Assembly: GCA_964367315.1 (NCBI GenBank)
Contig: CAYIWV010000001.1
Span: 1-33,668, forward strand
Source of the DNA: an uncultured Candidatus Saccharibacteria bacterium
GTDB taxonomy: Bacteria; Patescibacteriota; Minisyncoccia; Phycocordibacterales; SBAW01
Length of the DNA stretch: 33,668 nt
Direction: 5' to 3'
Shown here: positions 9,036 through 17,122 of the stretch, one piece after another
Layout of the letters: each line of letters begins with the position of its first letter
How positions within the stretch are numbered: position 1 is the stretch's first letter
Made by a program: the position numbers and the translations under genes
The notes under the pieces: generated by a model
Databases searched by the model: none
The model's input: the letters and a program-made list of their open reading frames with translations, nothing else
What the model was told of the DNA's origin: nothing

Positions 9036-9805
9036 CGCCGGAGAAAATGCTCATATCCTATGGGACGATGCTGCGCAACGAGCTGGTGCGGATTTTCCGC
9101 ATATGGTCGCAGACACTCTTGCCGCCGGTCGTCACCACGACGCTGTATTTTATCGTCTTTGGAGCGTTTATTGGTTCGCAGATCGCACCCATAAACGGGT
9201 TTAGCTACATGCAGTTTATCGTGCCGGGCCTCATTATGATGTCGGTCATCACCAGCTCGTACATGAACACGGTGTCGACGTTTTACTTTGCCAAGTGGAC
9301 GCACACACTCGACGAGCTGTTAGTAAGCCCGACGCCGGATTGGGTTATCGTGGCGGGGTATGTGAGCGGGGGAGTACTGCGGGGGCTCTTGGTGGGGGTG
9401 CTGGTACTCGTGGTGTCGCTCTTCTTTACGCAGCTTGCAATCGTCAATGTGTTGGTGCTTATCGCCGCCATCGTGCTTACCTCGGTGCTCTTCTCGCTCG
9501 GCGGGCTTATCAACGGGGTGTTCGCCAAAGGCTTCGACGGCATATCCATCGTGCCGACTTTCGTGCTCACACCCCTCACGTACTTGGGCGGTATTTTTTA
9601 CTCGGTCGACATGCTGCCGGAGTTTTGGCAGAAGGTCAGCCTCTTTAACCCGATACTCTATATGATCAACGCCTTCCGCTACGGCTTCCTCGGTATTACC
9701 GACATCGCGCTGTGGCAGTGCTTTGCCGTGCTTGTGGGCTTTATGGGCCTTGCCATCGCTGTTATCATGTACCTCTTTAAACAGGGCATCGGCGTCAAAA
9801 ATTAA
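9032..9805 (+). CDS. ABC-2 type transporter permease
   Basis: Six predicted TM segments and an ATGA overlap with the ATPase gene. Typical YadH-like architecture. Confidence 0.85.
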   Translation: MTPEKMLISYGTMLRNELVRIFRIWSQTLLPPVVTTTLYFIVFGAFIGSQIAPINGFSYMQFIVPGLIMMSVITSSYMNTVSTFYFAKWTHTLDELLVSPTPDWVIVAGYVSGGVLRGLLVGVLVLVVSLFFTQLAIVNVLVLIAAIVLTSVLFSLGGLINGVFAKGFDGISIVPTFVLTPLTYLGGIFYSVDMLPEFWQKVSLFNPILYMINAFRYGFLGITDIALWQCFAVLVGFMGLAIAVIMYLFKQGIGVKN

Positions 9806-9806
9806 A

Positions 9807-9832
9807 AGCCTCTACCGCGGGCGGTAGAGGCT
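9807..9832. terminator. bidirectional hairpin between convergent genes
   Basis: AGCCTCTACC-gcgggc-GGTAGAGGCT stem. It overlaps the last codons of the minus-strand YkgJ gene. Confidence 0.5.
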
Positions 9833-10279
9833 GATTTCGACGAGTTCTCTAACAAGGGTCTCTCCTTTTTCTTTGCTTAAGCGATAGCCTTGAGGGAAGG
9901 TCATGCGGAGCTTGCCTGAACTCATCATCTCGGTAACCACGCAATTACTCTCGAGCGCGCGGTTTTTTTCTCGTCGTGCCGGTTCGGTATTGAGCGCACC
10001 CCATGACACTTCGTATATCCCGATTGTATCGTGCCCAAGCAAAGGGGAGGGTATAAGATCGATTACAATACGGGTCTTGTCGGGACGCTCATGCTCGGGT
10101 AACCGCCCAAGCAACCAAAGACATTTAAATACGCTACAGTCCCGCGGCCTCTGATTGTATGTCTTGCAACCGCGCCCAACGGCACACTGTTCGCACCAGG
10201 TCATTGGCGGTTTGTTGATTGCCAGGACCATGTGCGTTTTGCAGCAGGCGGTACAGCCGCCACATTCTCGCTCGGCCAT
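9812..10279 (-). CDS. YkgJ-family cysteine-cluster protein (CxxCxxCC, putative Zn/Fe-binding)
   Basis: N-terminal CGGCTACC motif plus further Cys pairs (CEQC, CKTY, CSVFKC). Confidence 0.75.
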   Translation of the reverse strand: MAERECGGCTACCKTHMVLAINKPPMTWCEQCAVGRGCKTYNQRPRDCSVFKCLWLLGRLPEHERPDKTRIVIDLIPSPLLGHDTIGIYEVSWGALNTEPARREKNRALESNCVVTEMMSSGKLRMTFPQGYRLSKEKGETLVRELVEISLYRPR

Positions 10280-10319
10280 AAGCGCCTCCTTGTTGGTTCT
10301 AACTAAAGGGCACTATAGG

Positions 10320-10982
10320 TTATTTACGCGGGCGGCGCCACTCGGTCATGCGCATGGCTTTAATCTCCACCGGACGCGCTTTGCGCAAAAATGTGTGCTG
10401 GCCCTTGGGGAGGGCAGGGTGGTGGGGGCTTTGGTCGAGCTCCTCGGCAAGCCAATCAAGCGGCCCGGCCGACCACCATTTTTTTGGATGGTAGCGGCGC
10501 AAGGTAAACGGCTTGGAGTAGGCGCGCATAGTTTTGTCGCCCAGTTTTTTGCCGTCTTTTTTGTGCCACATAAAATACTCGTTAAAGTACGACATCGCCA
10601 ACTCTCTCGGCGTTTTGTAGACCGGGTCTCGCCAGCGCAAGACGGGGTGGTTTGTCTTGCTGATAGCCCCCCAGTAGCCGCGCTCTTTAAACAGTGCGAC
10701 GACATGGTCCTCGTCGTCGTCGCGAGTTTGGAAGTCCATTAATAGAGGCTCCCTGCCATGGTAGGCGAGGGAAGCGGCCGCAAGGAAGGCCCCTTCGATG
10801 CAGTGGGCCTTTTTGTTGGCCAATACTTGGGCCGGATTTTGTATCGGGTCCCCTATTGGAGAAAAATTTTCGGGGAAGTGGTCCAAATAGTCCTGAATTT
10901 TAGTTGGAGTCGAAAGGCGCGCAAGGACCCGCCGAGCGGCGGGGGAGAGAAGGGAGTTTAATTGTTTTTGGTATCGGTCCAT
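10320..10982 (-). CDS. hypothetical protein, transglutaminase-like / papain-fold cysteine peptidase candidate
   Basis: Candidate catalytic arrangement AHCIEGAF ... DHVVALF ... GAISKTN resembles the Cys-His-Asp/Asn triad spacing of the transglutaminase-like superfamily. Assignment is from memory only. Confidence 0.5.
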   Translation of the reverse strand: MDRYQKQLNSLLSPAARRVLARLSTPTKIQDYLDHFPENFSPIGDPIQNPAQVLANKKAHCIEGAFLAAASLAYHGREPLLMDFQTRDDDEDHVVALFKERGYWGAISKTNHPVLRWRDPVYKTPRELAMSYFNEYFMWHKKDGKKLGDKTMRAYSKPFTLRRYHPKKWWSAGPLDWLAEELDQSPHHPALPKGQHTFLRKARPVEIKAMRMTEWRRPRK

Positions 10983-11271
10983 GTCAGCGGGGCACGGTTG
11001 GATAAGGGTCGCACAATATACATTTTCCGACCCTTATATCCTTTTGCACCGGGGAGGGGGCTTTGATCTCGGAGAACCTCCCCCGTATCCCCTTTAGACA
11101 TCTTACTACGGGGGTCGGTCCTTATTTTTATCCGCCCCTCCTCACTCCCCACGCCGCGGCGGGCCGGCCCATGGGCCGGCTCCCGAGATTTGTTGCATCT
11201 AAAGCCTACCTGGCCTCTGGCTCTTAAAATCTCGGTAAAAAGAGGGGACTTACTCCCCCGCTTTCCCAAAA
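10983..11271 (-). other. highly structured non-coding region (long 5' leader or unclassified ncRNA) upstream of the 10320..10982 gene
   Basis: Contains a 10-bp stem (11002-11011 / 11028-11037), an 8-bp stem (11050-11057 / 11078-11085), an 18-bp perfect palindrome (11163-11180), an 8-bp long-range stem (11183-11190 / 11228-11235) and a 5-bp stem (11244-11248 / 11254-11258). No convincing ORF. Confidence 0.35.
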
Positions 11272-11305
11272 CAAAAACTCCCAACCGTAAGGCTGGGAGT
11301 TTTTG
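11272..11305. terminator. bidirectional intrinsic terminator downstream of the lytic transglycosylase gene
   Basis: AAAAACTCCCAACC-GTAA-GGCTGGGAGTTTTT stem with one mismatch. An A-run and a T-run flank it. Confidence 0.65.
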
Positions 11306-11315
11306 CAGGAGTAAA

Positions 11316-11726
11316 TTAATTCTTTGCGAGGATGCCGCTCCCCCTGCTCCAGCATGCTTTAGAAGCATTCCAGGGCTTGGTGCCTTTCTCCTCATAGAGG
11401 TGGCGGGCAAACTCGAGGTTGCCTTCGATAGAGTAAATGTCCATACCCTTATCTTTTGCATCCTCGACGTGGATAGACGACATGACCTGGAAGATGCCGA
11501 CAGCCGAGCTTTTCGGATTCTTCAGGACATTGCCCTTCTTGTCGAACTGCCGAAACTGCGACTCGCAGCGGGCAATGTCGACCATGACGGGCGCATCCGC
11601 AAAGTATATTTCAACGTACTCCTTGACCGTCTGCGCCTGCGGCATGACTGCCGGGGCGTTGCTGAGGCTGGCCGAAGGAAGAATGATGGCCGAGAGCGAC
11701 AGCGCGAGAGATGCGGTAAGAGGCAT
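11316..11726 (-). CDS. secreted lytic transglycosylase-like (SLT-type) protein
   Basis: Signal peptide, then the IARCESQF...AVGIFQV catalytic Glu-Ser and GxFQ motifs. Confidence 0.75.
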   Translation of the reverse strand: MPLTASLALSLSAIILPSASLSNAPAVMPQAQTVKEYVEIYFADAPVMVDIARCESQFRQFDKKGNVLKNPKSSAVGIFQVMSSIHVEDAKDKGMDIYSIEGNLEFARHLYEEKGTKPWNASKACWSRGSGILAKN

Positions 11727-11843
11727 AGGTAAGATGACAGAGTTATGAACCTAGGGCACAAAAAAGCCGCGGGCTCGACCGCCTGCGGATAACACAATGT
11801 TAGCTCAATTTCGTCAATAGGTCAAGCGCCACACTTGACAAAT

Positions 11844-11880
11844 AAATAAGGGGCCCCAGTTTCCCGAGAACCCCTTATTT
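11844..11880 (-). terminator. hairpin downstream of the 11909..12133 gene
   Basis: AAATAAGGGG ... CCCCTTATTT 10-bp stem with a 17-nt loop, followed on the minus strand by a T-rich tract. Confidence 0.4.
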
Positions 11881-11908
11881 GACAGCCTATTTTACTGTGG
11901 TGGTGCTG

Positions 11909-12133
11909 TTAGCTCCCGATATCGACCCGCCCCAAGGGAGTGATAACAAATACCGAATGGTTTACGGGCGGGGAAGGCACCATGCCCTCGTCCTCCCAAA
12001 ACCATAGCCCTGCCGGAATACTGCTCGGAGGAGTAAAGTCCCCACAGGGCAGATGTGCCGGGTTGGCGTACATCGGGTGGCGGTGTTCGGTCTCTTGGTA
12101 ACCACAACTTATGCAGTGCTCGCCATCAGCCAT
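11909..12133 (-). CDS. hypothetical small Cys-containing protein (CxxC)
   Basis: GGGAGAG ribosome-binding site 5 nt before the ATG. 74 codons. No recognisable family. Confidence 0.45.
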   Translation of the reverse strand: MADGEHCISCGYQETEHRHPMYANPAHLPCGDFTPPSSIPAGLWFWEDEGMVPSPPVNHSVFVITPLGRVDIGS

Positions 12134-12189
12134 GATGCTCTCCCTTAGGTTCAGACTGCTGGCACGGTACCAAACTCCCCTCTTTTAGT

Positions 12190-12226
12190 AAAGAAATAAT
12201 GCTGCGGCACAAAGGCACCGCAGCAT
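12190..12226 (-). terminator. intrinsic terminator downstream of the 12247..12462 gene
   Basis: ATGCTGCGG / CCGCAGCAT 9-bp stem, followed on the minus strand by TATTTCTTT. Confidence 0.5.
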
Positions 12227-12246
12227 CATTCGGCGTTGCTTTATAA

Positions 12247-12462
12247 CTACGGAACTATGACCGCCGAGGCGGCGTAGAAGACCTTCTTCTTGGCGAAGAT
12301 CTGATACCACCGCTTCACCTTGACGATATAGCCGCCCGGCGCGATGGCGTGGATCTTGCCGATGAACTTGGTCCCGACGTACACGTTGTCCCCGACGCCC
12401 TGGGCGGCAGCCGCAGTGGCGAAAAGGGTTAGCAAGCAAAGAGCTGCCAATAATGCGCGCAT
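12247..12462 (-). CDS. hypothetical small secreted protein
   Basis: GAGGGAG ribosome-binding site before ATG 12462. Signal peptide MRALLAALCLLTLFATAAAAQG. I trimmed the track ORF's upstream extension. Confidence 0.55.
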   Translation of the reverse strand: MRALLAALCLLTLFATAAAAQGVGDNVYVGTKFIGKIHAIAPGGYIVKVKRWYQIFAKKKVFYAASAVIVP

Positions 12463-12547
12463 GGGAGTCTCCCTCTGGTTGGCACCGCCAAACTTTGGCG
12501 GTCCTGTAAGCATACACCAAAGTAAAATAGTCTGTTCAAAAGCTTAG

Positions 12548-12618
12548 TCGGGCCGCCGGGAATCGAACCCGGCCTACATGCACCCCATGCATGTGTACTG
12601 CCGATATACTACGGCCCG
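12548..12618 (-). tRNA. tRNA-Pro (anticodon GGG)
   Basis: Manual cloverleaf: acceptor CGGGCCG/CGGCCCG, D-stem GTAT/GTAC, anticodon stem CATGC/GCATG with loop AT-GGG-GT, and T-arm CCGGG-TTCGATT-CCCGG. CCA is not encoded. Confidence 0.88.
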
Positions 12619-12626
12619 TTAGGGTT

Positions 12627-13226
12627 TTAACTTTGCCACGGAATGGCGTATTGCTCAAACTCGGGGAGGAGTTTTTTGTCGTACAGGAGGCGCGCGATGA
12701 CCTCGGCGTGGGACTTTGCGCCGGTTAACGCATTGTGCGGGGTCGGCTCTGTTGGGATGCCGCAGTAGTTTAAGATAGCGTCCAGGTCCAAGGCCGAGCG
12801 CTTTTTGAGCGGGTCGACCGGGGGAACGAGTCCCCTCTTGACCATATGCATCCAGGCAAGACTGTGGGTGTCGATGGTGCGGTAAGCAAACGGCCAGTCG
12901 GTATGCCCCGCGCGCGCGGCCGCGTACTTTAAGAAGTCGCGGTCGAACGACACGTTCTGTCCGGCAAAGGTCTTATCCGCCGCCCCCTCGCTCCAGGCGA
13001 TAAACGCGCGCACCAACTCGGCCTCGGTCTGCTTGGTTTGGTCGGTCGCGGCGTCCGTGGTCAGCCCCAAAAATGCGAGCGACGCGTCGTCTATGTGCGC
13101 GCCATCCCATGCGCGGCACTCGCCGTAAAACTGGCGCGCCGGGTCCGAAAAGTCGACAGCCCCGACGCTGTATATGGAGTGCGTGTGCGGCTCGACGCCG
13201 AATGTTTCTACATCAACCGCAATCAT
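12627..13226 (-). CDS. DEDD-family 3'-5' exonuclease (DnaQ-like fold)
   Basis: MIAVDVETFG (Exo I), FAGQNVSFDRDFL (Exo II) and PHNALTGAKSHAE (Exo III, His type). ATG chosen at 13226; the upstream Arg/Cys-rich extension of the track ORF was rejected. Confidence 0.75.
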   Translation of the reverse strand: MIAVDVETFGVEPHTHSIYSVGAVDFSDPARQFYGECRAWDGAHIDDASLAFLGLTTDAATDQTKQTEAELVRAFIAWSEGAADKTFAGQNVSFDRDFLKYAAARAGHTDWPFAYRTIDTHSLAWMHMVKRGLVPPVDPLKKRSALDLDAILNYCGIPTEPTPHNALTGAKSHAEVIARLLYDKKLLPEFEQYAIPWQS

Positions 13227-13232
13227 GAGGCG

Positions 13233-13238
13233 ATTATA
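13233..13238 (-). promoter_or_regulatory. -10 consensus TATAAT placed 6 nt upstream of the exonuclease ATG; possible leaderless promoter
   Basis: Minus strand reads GGTATAAT-cgcctc-ATG. Confidence 0.35.
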
Positions 13239-13497
13239 CCTCGGGTGCGCCGAAAACCTTAGTCGTCCAGTCGTTGGCACGGCCGACAAATGTGTGGAGC
13301 GCGGGGTACTTGATGGTGTGCTTCTCCATAAACTCGCGGATCCGCGGCGAATACATCGAAAAAAGCAGAGCGCTGATCGCCAAAAACAGCCAGCCCTGCA
13401 AGAGCGGCAGCACCAGCCCCGCAAGCCCAAGCACGAAAAAGAGCGTTGCCAGGGTAAGAATGAGCGCCTTCTTAAGTTGTTTCTTGAACATTGCCAT
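13234..13497 (-). CDS. small two-TM membrane protein, DUF454/YbaN-like
   Basis: MAMFKKQLKK... followed by LVLPLLQGWLFLAISALLF, which resembles the YbaN family. Start is at 13497 or 13491. Confidence 0.55.
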   Translation of the reverse strand: MAMFKKQLKKALILTLATLFFVLGLAGLVLPLLQGWLFLAISALLFSMYSPRIREFMEKHTIKYPALHTFVGRANDWTTKVFGAPEV

Positions 13498-13501
13498 ACT
13501 G

Positions 13502-13879
13502 TTAAAGCCCTGGGCAGTTCGCCGCGGGGCCGTACCCCGCCGCCTCCGCCTCGGTTGCAGAGTCAAACCATACCTTATTTTCCTCCTTAATGCGCGACAC
13601 GCCGGAGCAGGCGGGGAGGTAGTACTTGCTGCCTGATTTTGATGCAACAAAGTTGCGCCCGCCCTGCGTAGCCTCGTGCGAGACGGGGTTTGCTCCGCCC
13701 CCCACGGCCGCTTGCGCTCCCTGCCCCGGACCCCCCTGGTTTATAACGAGACGGGGGACCTCCGGCTGGGTTACCGAGAGCCTCCCCAAGCCAAAACAGG
13801 CAAGCCCAACCAGGCCCACCATGGCTGGCACAACGAGCCCATCGAGCCTCTTGCCCACCCTATTGCTTTTACCCTCCAT
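13502..13879 (-). CDS. membrane-anchored sunset-domain (Ada-like metal-binding motif) protein
   Basis: N-terminal TM helix, a Gly/Gln-rich linker, and C-terminal KYYLPACSG...[20 protein letters not shown]. Start chosen at ATG 13879 to avoid overlapping rpmA. Confidence 0.6.
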   Translation of the reverse strand: MEGKSNRVGKRLDGLVVPAMVGLVGLACFGLGRLSVTQPEVPRLVINQGGPGQGAQAAVGGGANPVSHEATQGGRNFVASKSGSKYYLPACSGVSRIKEENKVWFDSATEAEAAGYGPAANCPGL

Positions 13880-13899
13880 CCCTGCTATTGTACAGATAT

Positions 13900-14178
13900 A
13901 TGGCATCAAAGAAAGCTGGCGGAACAGCGAAAAACCTTACCGACTCAAAGCCAAAATATTTGGGCGTCAAGCTCTATGCCGGGCAAGCCGCCAAGCGCGG
14001 CGATATTCTGGTCCGCCAGCGCGGCACCAAAATGATACCGGGCAAGCATGTGGGGCTCGGCAAGGACCACACGCTCTTTGCCCTGCAAGACGGCACCGTG
14101 GCATTTCGTTTTGTGCGCAAAACGGGCTTTAACGGCCGCACCGTCAAGCGTTCTGCGGTCGACGTCATCGCCAAATAA
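13900..14178 (+). CDS. rpmA: 50S ribosomal protein L27
   Basis: [12 protein letters not shown]...[11 protein letters not shown]...[11 protein letters not shown] pattern. Confidence 0.95.
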   Translation: MASKKAGGTAKNLTDSKPKYLGVKLYAGQAAKRGDILVRQRGTKMIPGKHVGLGKDHTLFALQDGTVAFRFVRKTGFNGRTVKRSAVDVIAK

Positions 14179-14198
14179 CTCTTTTTCAGAAACGCAAT

Positions 14199-14220
14199 AA
14201 AAGCCCCGCACGGGGCTTTT
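14199..14220. terminator. bidirectional intrinsic terminator
   Basis: AAAAGCCCC-GCAC-GGGGCTTTT stem between the convergent rpmA and KGG-protein genes. Confidence 0.65.
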
Positions 14221-14230
14221 ATTGTCGGGC

Positions 14231-14464
14231 TCATTCGTCGCTGTCATCGCTCTCGCGTCCCCCGCCTTTGCTGTTTTGCCCGCCGATACGGCCTGCCGCC
14301 GCGGCCTTTTCCTTATCGTTGGCGAAGTTACCCGGGTTGTTTTCCTTGCCCTGCGATTTGCCGCCCTTCGACGCGATCTCGCGCTGTTTTTCTTCATCCA
14401 TCGAGGCAAAACCGCGGTTGCCGGTGCCACCCTGCTCCATTTCGTCTTTTTCTCGCTTCTCCAT
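14231..14464 (-). CDS. KGG-repeat general stress protein (GsiB/YciG-like)
   Basis: GFASMDEEKQREIASKGGKS and a second SKGGG repeat. Highly hydrophilic. Confidence 0.8.
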   Translation of the reverse strand: MEKREKDEMEQGGTGNRGFASMDEEKQREIASKGGKSQGKENNPGNFANDKEKAAAAGRIGGQNSKGGGRESDDSDE

Positions 14465-14649
14465 ATATGTTGTTATGAATTAATTTGGTAAAGCATCGAC
14501 CGCGACCTGGCCCAGTATGCGGGACAGTACATGAACGAGGAGTTAAAATATCTTAAAGCGCCGCATTTACAAGCGGCGTAAAAAGTTTTATAACAAGCAT
14601 AGACAGTAAGCACGGCCATGGCGGTCGGCTACAACCAAGGGAGCATCCC

Positions 14650-15300
14650 GTGCATAGCACCACTTTTCCTTCACGGAGCGCTAGCGCATCTCGTCCAAGC
14701 ATCTTCACGATCCTCGAGGTCGCCGGCGCCGACCGCTGGAGCCCCGAGGCTATCGAGGCGCATAAGGCTGCCGAGCTTGCCAAGGTACCGCCGAGCCGGT
14801 TGTACCCATACCAACCGCTCATCAATGGCCTCATCTTGGACGCCAAAGAAGTCTGCTTGTACGCGGTGGTGTTCTCTCTTATCGGCATCGCCCTAGTCGG
14901 AGCGGTGGCATTTTGGGATCTGCTGCAATCATGGGGCCTGCCGGGACAGCTGCTGTACTGGTCGTCTGTCATATGCCTGAGCGGCGCGGCGATAGGCGCT
15001 GCCGCGCTCACCGTGCTCACCATCATCGGCAAGATCAGGATCCGGACTCCGGCCTACTGGTCCGAGGTGCGGCTCGTAACCTACCATCGCGACCCGAAGG
15101 CCCCCTACCCTTCGGAGGCGGAGGCGTTGGTCAAGGCTGTTCGGGCTCTTGTGCCCGGTTGCTCCTTTACCGTCGAGTCGCTGTGGCAAGGCACGGTATT
15201 GCTCGACCCGGTACTGTGGTTCCACGACGAGACCGACACGGTCCACGTACCAATCAAGGTGTGGGGTAAGGACGGCACCATTATCCGGCCAACCGCCTAA
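14650..15300 (+). CDS. hypothetical membrane protein (two central TM helices)
   Basis: GTG start 7 nt after an AAGGGAG ribosome-binding site, with a terminator directly downstream. Protein-like composition, unlike the overlapping minus-strand ORF. Confidence 0.6.
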   Translation: MHSTTFPSRSASASRPSIFTILEVAGADRWSPEAIEAHKAAELAKVPPSRLYPYQPLINGLILDAKEVCLYAVVFSLIGIALVGAVAFWDLLQSWGLPGQLLYWSSVICLSGAAIGAAALTVLTIIGKIRIRTPAYWSEVRLVTYHRDPKAPYPSEAEALVKAVRALVPGCSFTVESLWQGTVLLDPVLWFHDETDTVHVPIKVWGKDGTIIRPTA

Positions 15301-15308
15301 ACACGGCG

Positions 15309-15339
15309 AAAGGGCCCGCCCCGCAAGGACGGGCCCTTT
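15309..15339. terminator. bidirectional intrinsic terminator
   Basis: AAAGGGCCCG ... CGGGCCCTTT 10-bp stem between the convergent membrane-protein gene and rplI. Confidence 0.65.
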
Positions 15340-15352
15340 TTATGTATCTTTG

Positions 15353-15796
15353 TTAGGCGGCCGCAACGACAACGCCTAAATCGGCCTTGTGCGACGCGCT
15401 CTCTAAGCGGGCATGATGCCCCCCTACTGTTTTTATAGGTTCGGCAATGGTGATATTCCCTTCGGGGATCTCGAGACTGTGCTCTAAACGGAGAGCGGCG
15501 CTGATATCTTTGGGCGCGACCGCTTTAAAAAGCCCGCCTTGCGGCGTCGAGCGCATGGTTAGCGTTACCGTTTTGCCGTTGAGCGATGCGACCTTTTTAT
15601 CGAGCTCCTCGGCGCGTTTCTTTTCATCCGCTGCGCGCGCCGCCGCCTGCGCCACAACCTGCGCCATTTTCTCCTCGGTCGCGGGCTCGGCAAGTTTGTG
15701 GGTAAAAAGGTAGTTGCGGGCAAACCCGTCGGCGACCTCGCAGACGGCCCCGTGGGCCCCCACATTGCGCACATCCTTAAGCAGAATCACTTTCAT
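15353..15796 (-). CDS. rplI: 50S ribosomal protein L9
   Basis: MKVILLKDVRNVG...V.DG.ARNYL N-terminus and length are typical of L9. Confidence 0.93.
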   Translation of the reverse strand: MKVILLKDVRNVGAHGAVCEVADGFARNYLFTHKLAEPATEEKMAQVVAQAAARAADEKKRAEELDKKVASLNGKTVTLTMRSTPQGGLFKAVAPKDISAALRLEHSLEIPEGNITIAEPIKTVGGHHARLESASHKADLGVVVAAA

Positions 15797-15808
15797 ACGT
15801 ATAGCGTA

Positions 15809-15868
15809 GCAAAATACTCCGCAAAGGAGTAGGGGTCGTGTTCATCTCTCCGGAGTGGAGTATTTTGC
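15809..15868 (-). promoter_or_regulatory. 12-bp perfect inverted repeat with a competing local hairpin in the protease-rplI intergenic region
   Basis: GCAAAATACTCC (15809-15820) pairs with GGAGTATTTTGC (15857-15868). TACTCC can instead pair with GGAGTA at 15826-15831. Confidence 0.4.
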
Positions 15869-15875
15869 GAAGCGC

Positions 15876-17078
15876 TTACTGTCCCGCGAGCCAGGCTTTG
15901 GCGGCGGCGGTCTGCGGGTCGCGCAGTGCCGTGCGGTCCTCGGGCGTCCGCTTTGCGGTAATGTCGGGGGTAAGCCCGCCGTCCGAAATCGATGTCCCGT
16001 TGGGGGTCAGCCAGCGCGCCACCGTCACCTTAAGCTCGGCGCCGTCCCCTATCTCCATCAATTGCTGGACAGACCCTTTGCCGAAGGTCTTTTCCCCCAC
16101 CAGGGTTGCGATGCCGTGCTGCTGCAGCGCGCCTGCCAAAATTTCGGACGCGGACGCCGAGCCCTCGTTGACCAAAACCGCCATCTTAAGATTTTTGCCC
16201 GCAAAGACATTGTAGCCGACGGAGCGGTGCACGATATTGGGGCGGTTGCCCTTGTAATCCTCCGTGACGACCACTTCGCCGACCGGCAAAAAGTAGCTCG
16301 CCATCTGCACCGAGGCCTCCAAATACCCGCCGGGGTTGCCGCGCAGGTCGAGTATGAGCTTATGCTTGCGGCTCGTGACAAACTCGCGCAGCGCCGTGCG
16401 GAAAAGCTCGGGCGAGTTCGCCGAAAAGCTGTAGAGCTCGATAGTAAAGGTATCGCCCTCCTGCGAGGTGGTAATGAGCGGGATATTAATGGTGTCGCGC
16501 ACCAACGTGAGCTCGATCGGCTTCTCCACCCCCTTGCGGCCAAAGACGATCGTGACGCTCGTGCCTTTCTCGCCGCGGATCTTTTTGACTGCCTCCTCCA
16601 CCGCCATGTCGGAGGAGGGCGCGCCGTTTATCGAGAGTACGATATCCCCGCTCAAGACCCCGGCGCGTTCGGCCGGCGTGCCTTTAATAGGCGAGACGAC
16701 CGTGAGCGCATCGTCGCGGATACCGAGCTCCATGCCGACCCCGCTAAACGTGCCGCTAATCTCCTCGTTAAACTCCTTGGCTTCCTGCGGCGGCAAGAAC
16801 ACCGTGTACGGGTCGCCATAGCTCTCGGTAAGGCCTTTTATCGCGCCGTAGATCTTTTCCTTCTCCGTAGGGTTGGTAGATGAGCCGGTCTCGATATGGT
16901 TCGACTCCAAGAGTTCCCACACGCGCCAAAACTGCGCCAAATCCGCCGCCGCCGTCCCCGGGATGGCGGCTGCCGCGCTCATCCCCGCGCCACCGGAGAC
17001 GCCCGCATACATACCGGCGCCAAAGGCAAGCACCACCGCAAGCAAAACCCCCGCCGCCGTGACGCGCGTGCTGTTCAT
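15876..17078 (-). CDS. ctpA: S41-family carboxy-terminal processing protease with PDZ domain
   Basis: LDLRGNPGGYL and GSASASEILAGAL motifs, a PDZ-like segment, and an N-terminal anchor. Confidence 0.92.
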   Translation of the reverse strand: MNSTRVTAAGVLLAVVLAFGAGMYAGVSGGAGMSAAAAIPGTAAADLAQFWRVWELLESNHIETGSSTNPTEKEKIYGAIKGLTESYGDPYTVFLPPQEAKEFNEEISGTFSGVGMELGIRDDALTVVSPIKGTPAERAGVLSGDIVLSINGAPSSDMAVEEAVKKIRGEKGTSVTIVFGRKGVEKPIELTLVRDTINIPLITTSQEGDTFTIELYSFSANSPELFRTALREFVTSRKHKLILDLRGNPGGYLEASVQMASYFLPVGEVVVTEDYKGNRPNIVHRSVGYNVFAGKNLKMAVLVNEGSASASEILAGALQQHGIATLVGEKTFGKGSVQQLMEIGDGAELKVTVARWLTPNGTSISDGGLTPDITAKRTPEDRTALRDPQTAAAKAWLAGQ

Positions 17079-17122
17079 ATACTACGAGAGTATATCACGG
17101 GCGCTTGGTATACTGGTACTAC

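Noticed and set aside
10958-11461. 167-aa minus-strand ORF spanning the structured intergenic region
   Set aside because: Its upstream part overlaps the well-supported lytic transglycosylase gene in another frame, and it reads through a strong terminator hairpin. The composition is not protein-like.
11892-12107. 71-aa ORF overlapping the 11909-12133 gene in another frame. The same applies to 12185-12520 over the secreted-protein gene.
   Set aside because: The competing frames have SD sequences at the correct spacing, and one has a signal peptide. These alternative frames are Arg/Gly-rich with no start context.
14553-15032. 159-aa minus-strand ORF opposite the 14650-15300 membrane protein gene
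   Set aside because: The plus-strand ORF has an SD (AAGGGAG), clear TM helices and a terminator. The minus ORF has none of these.
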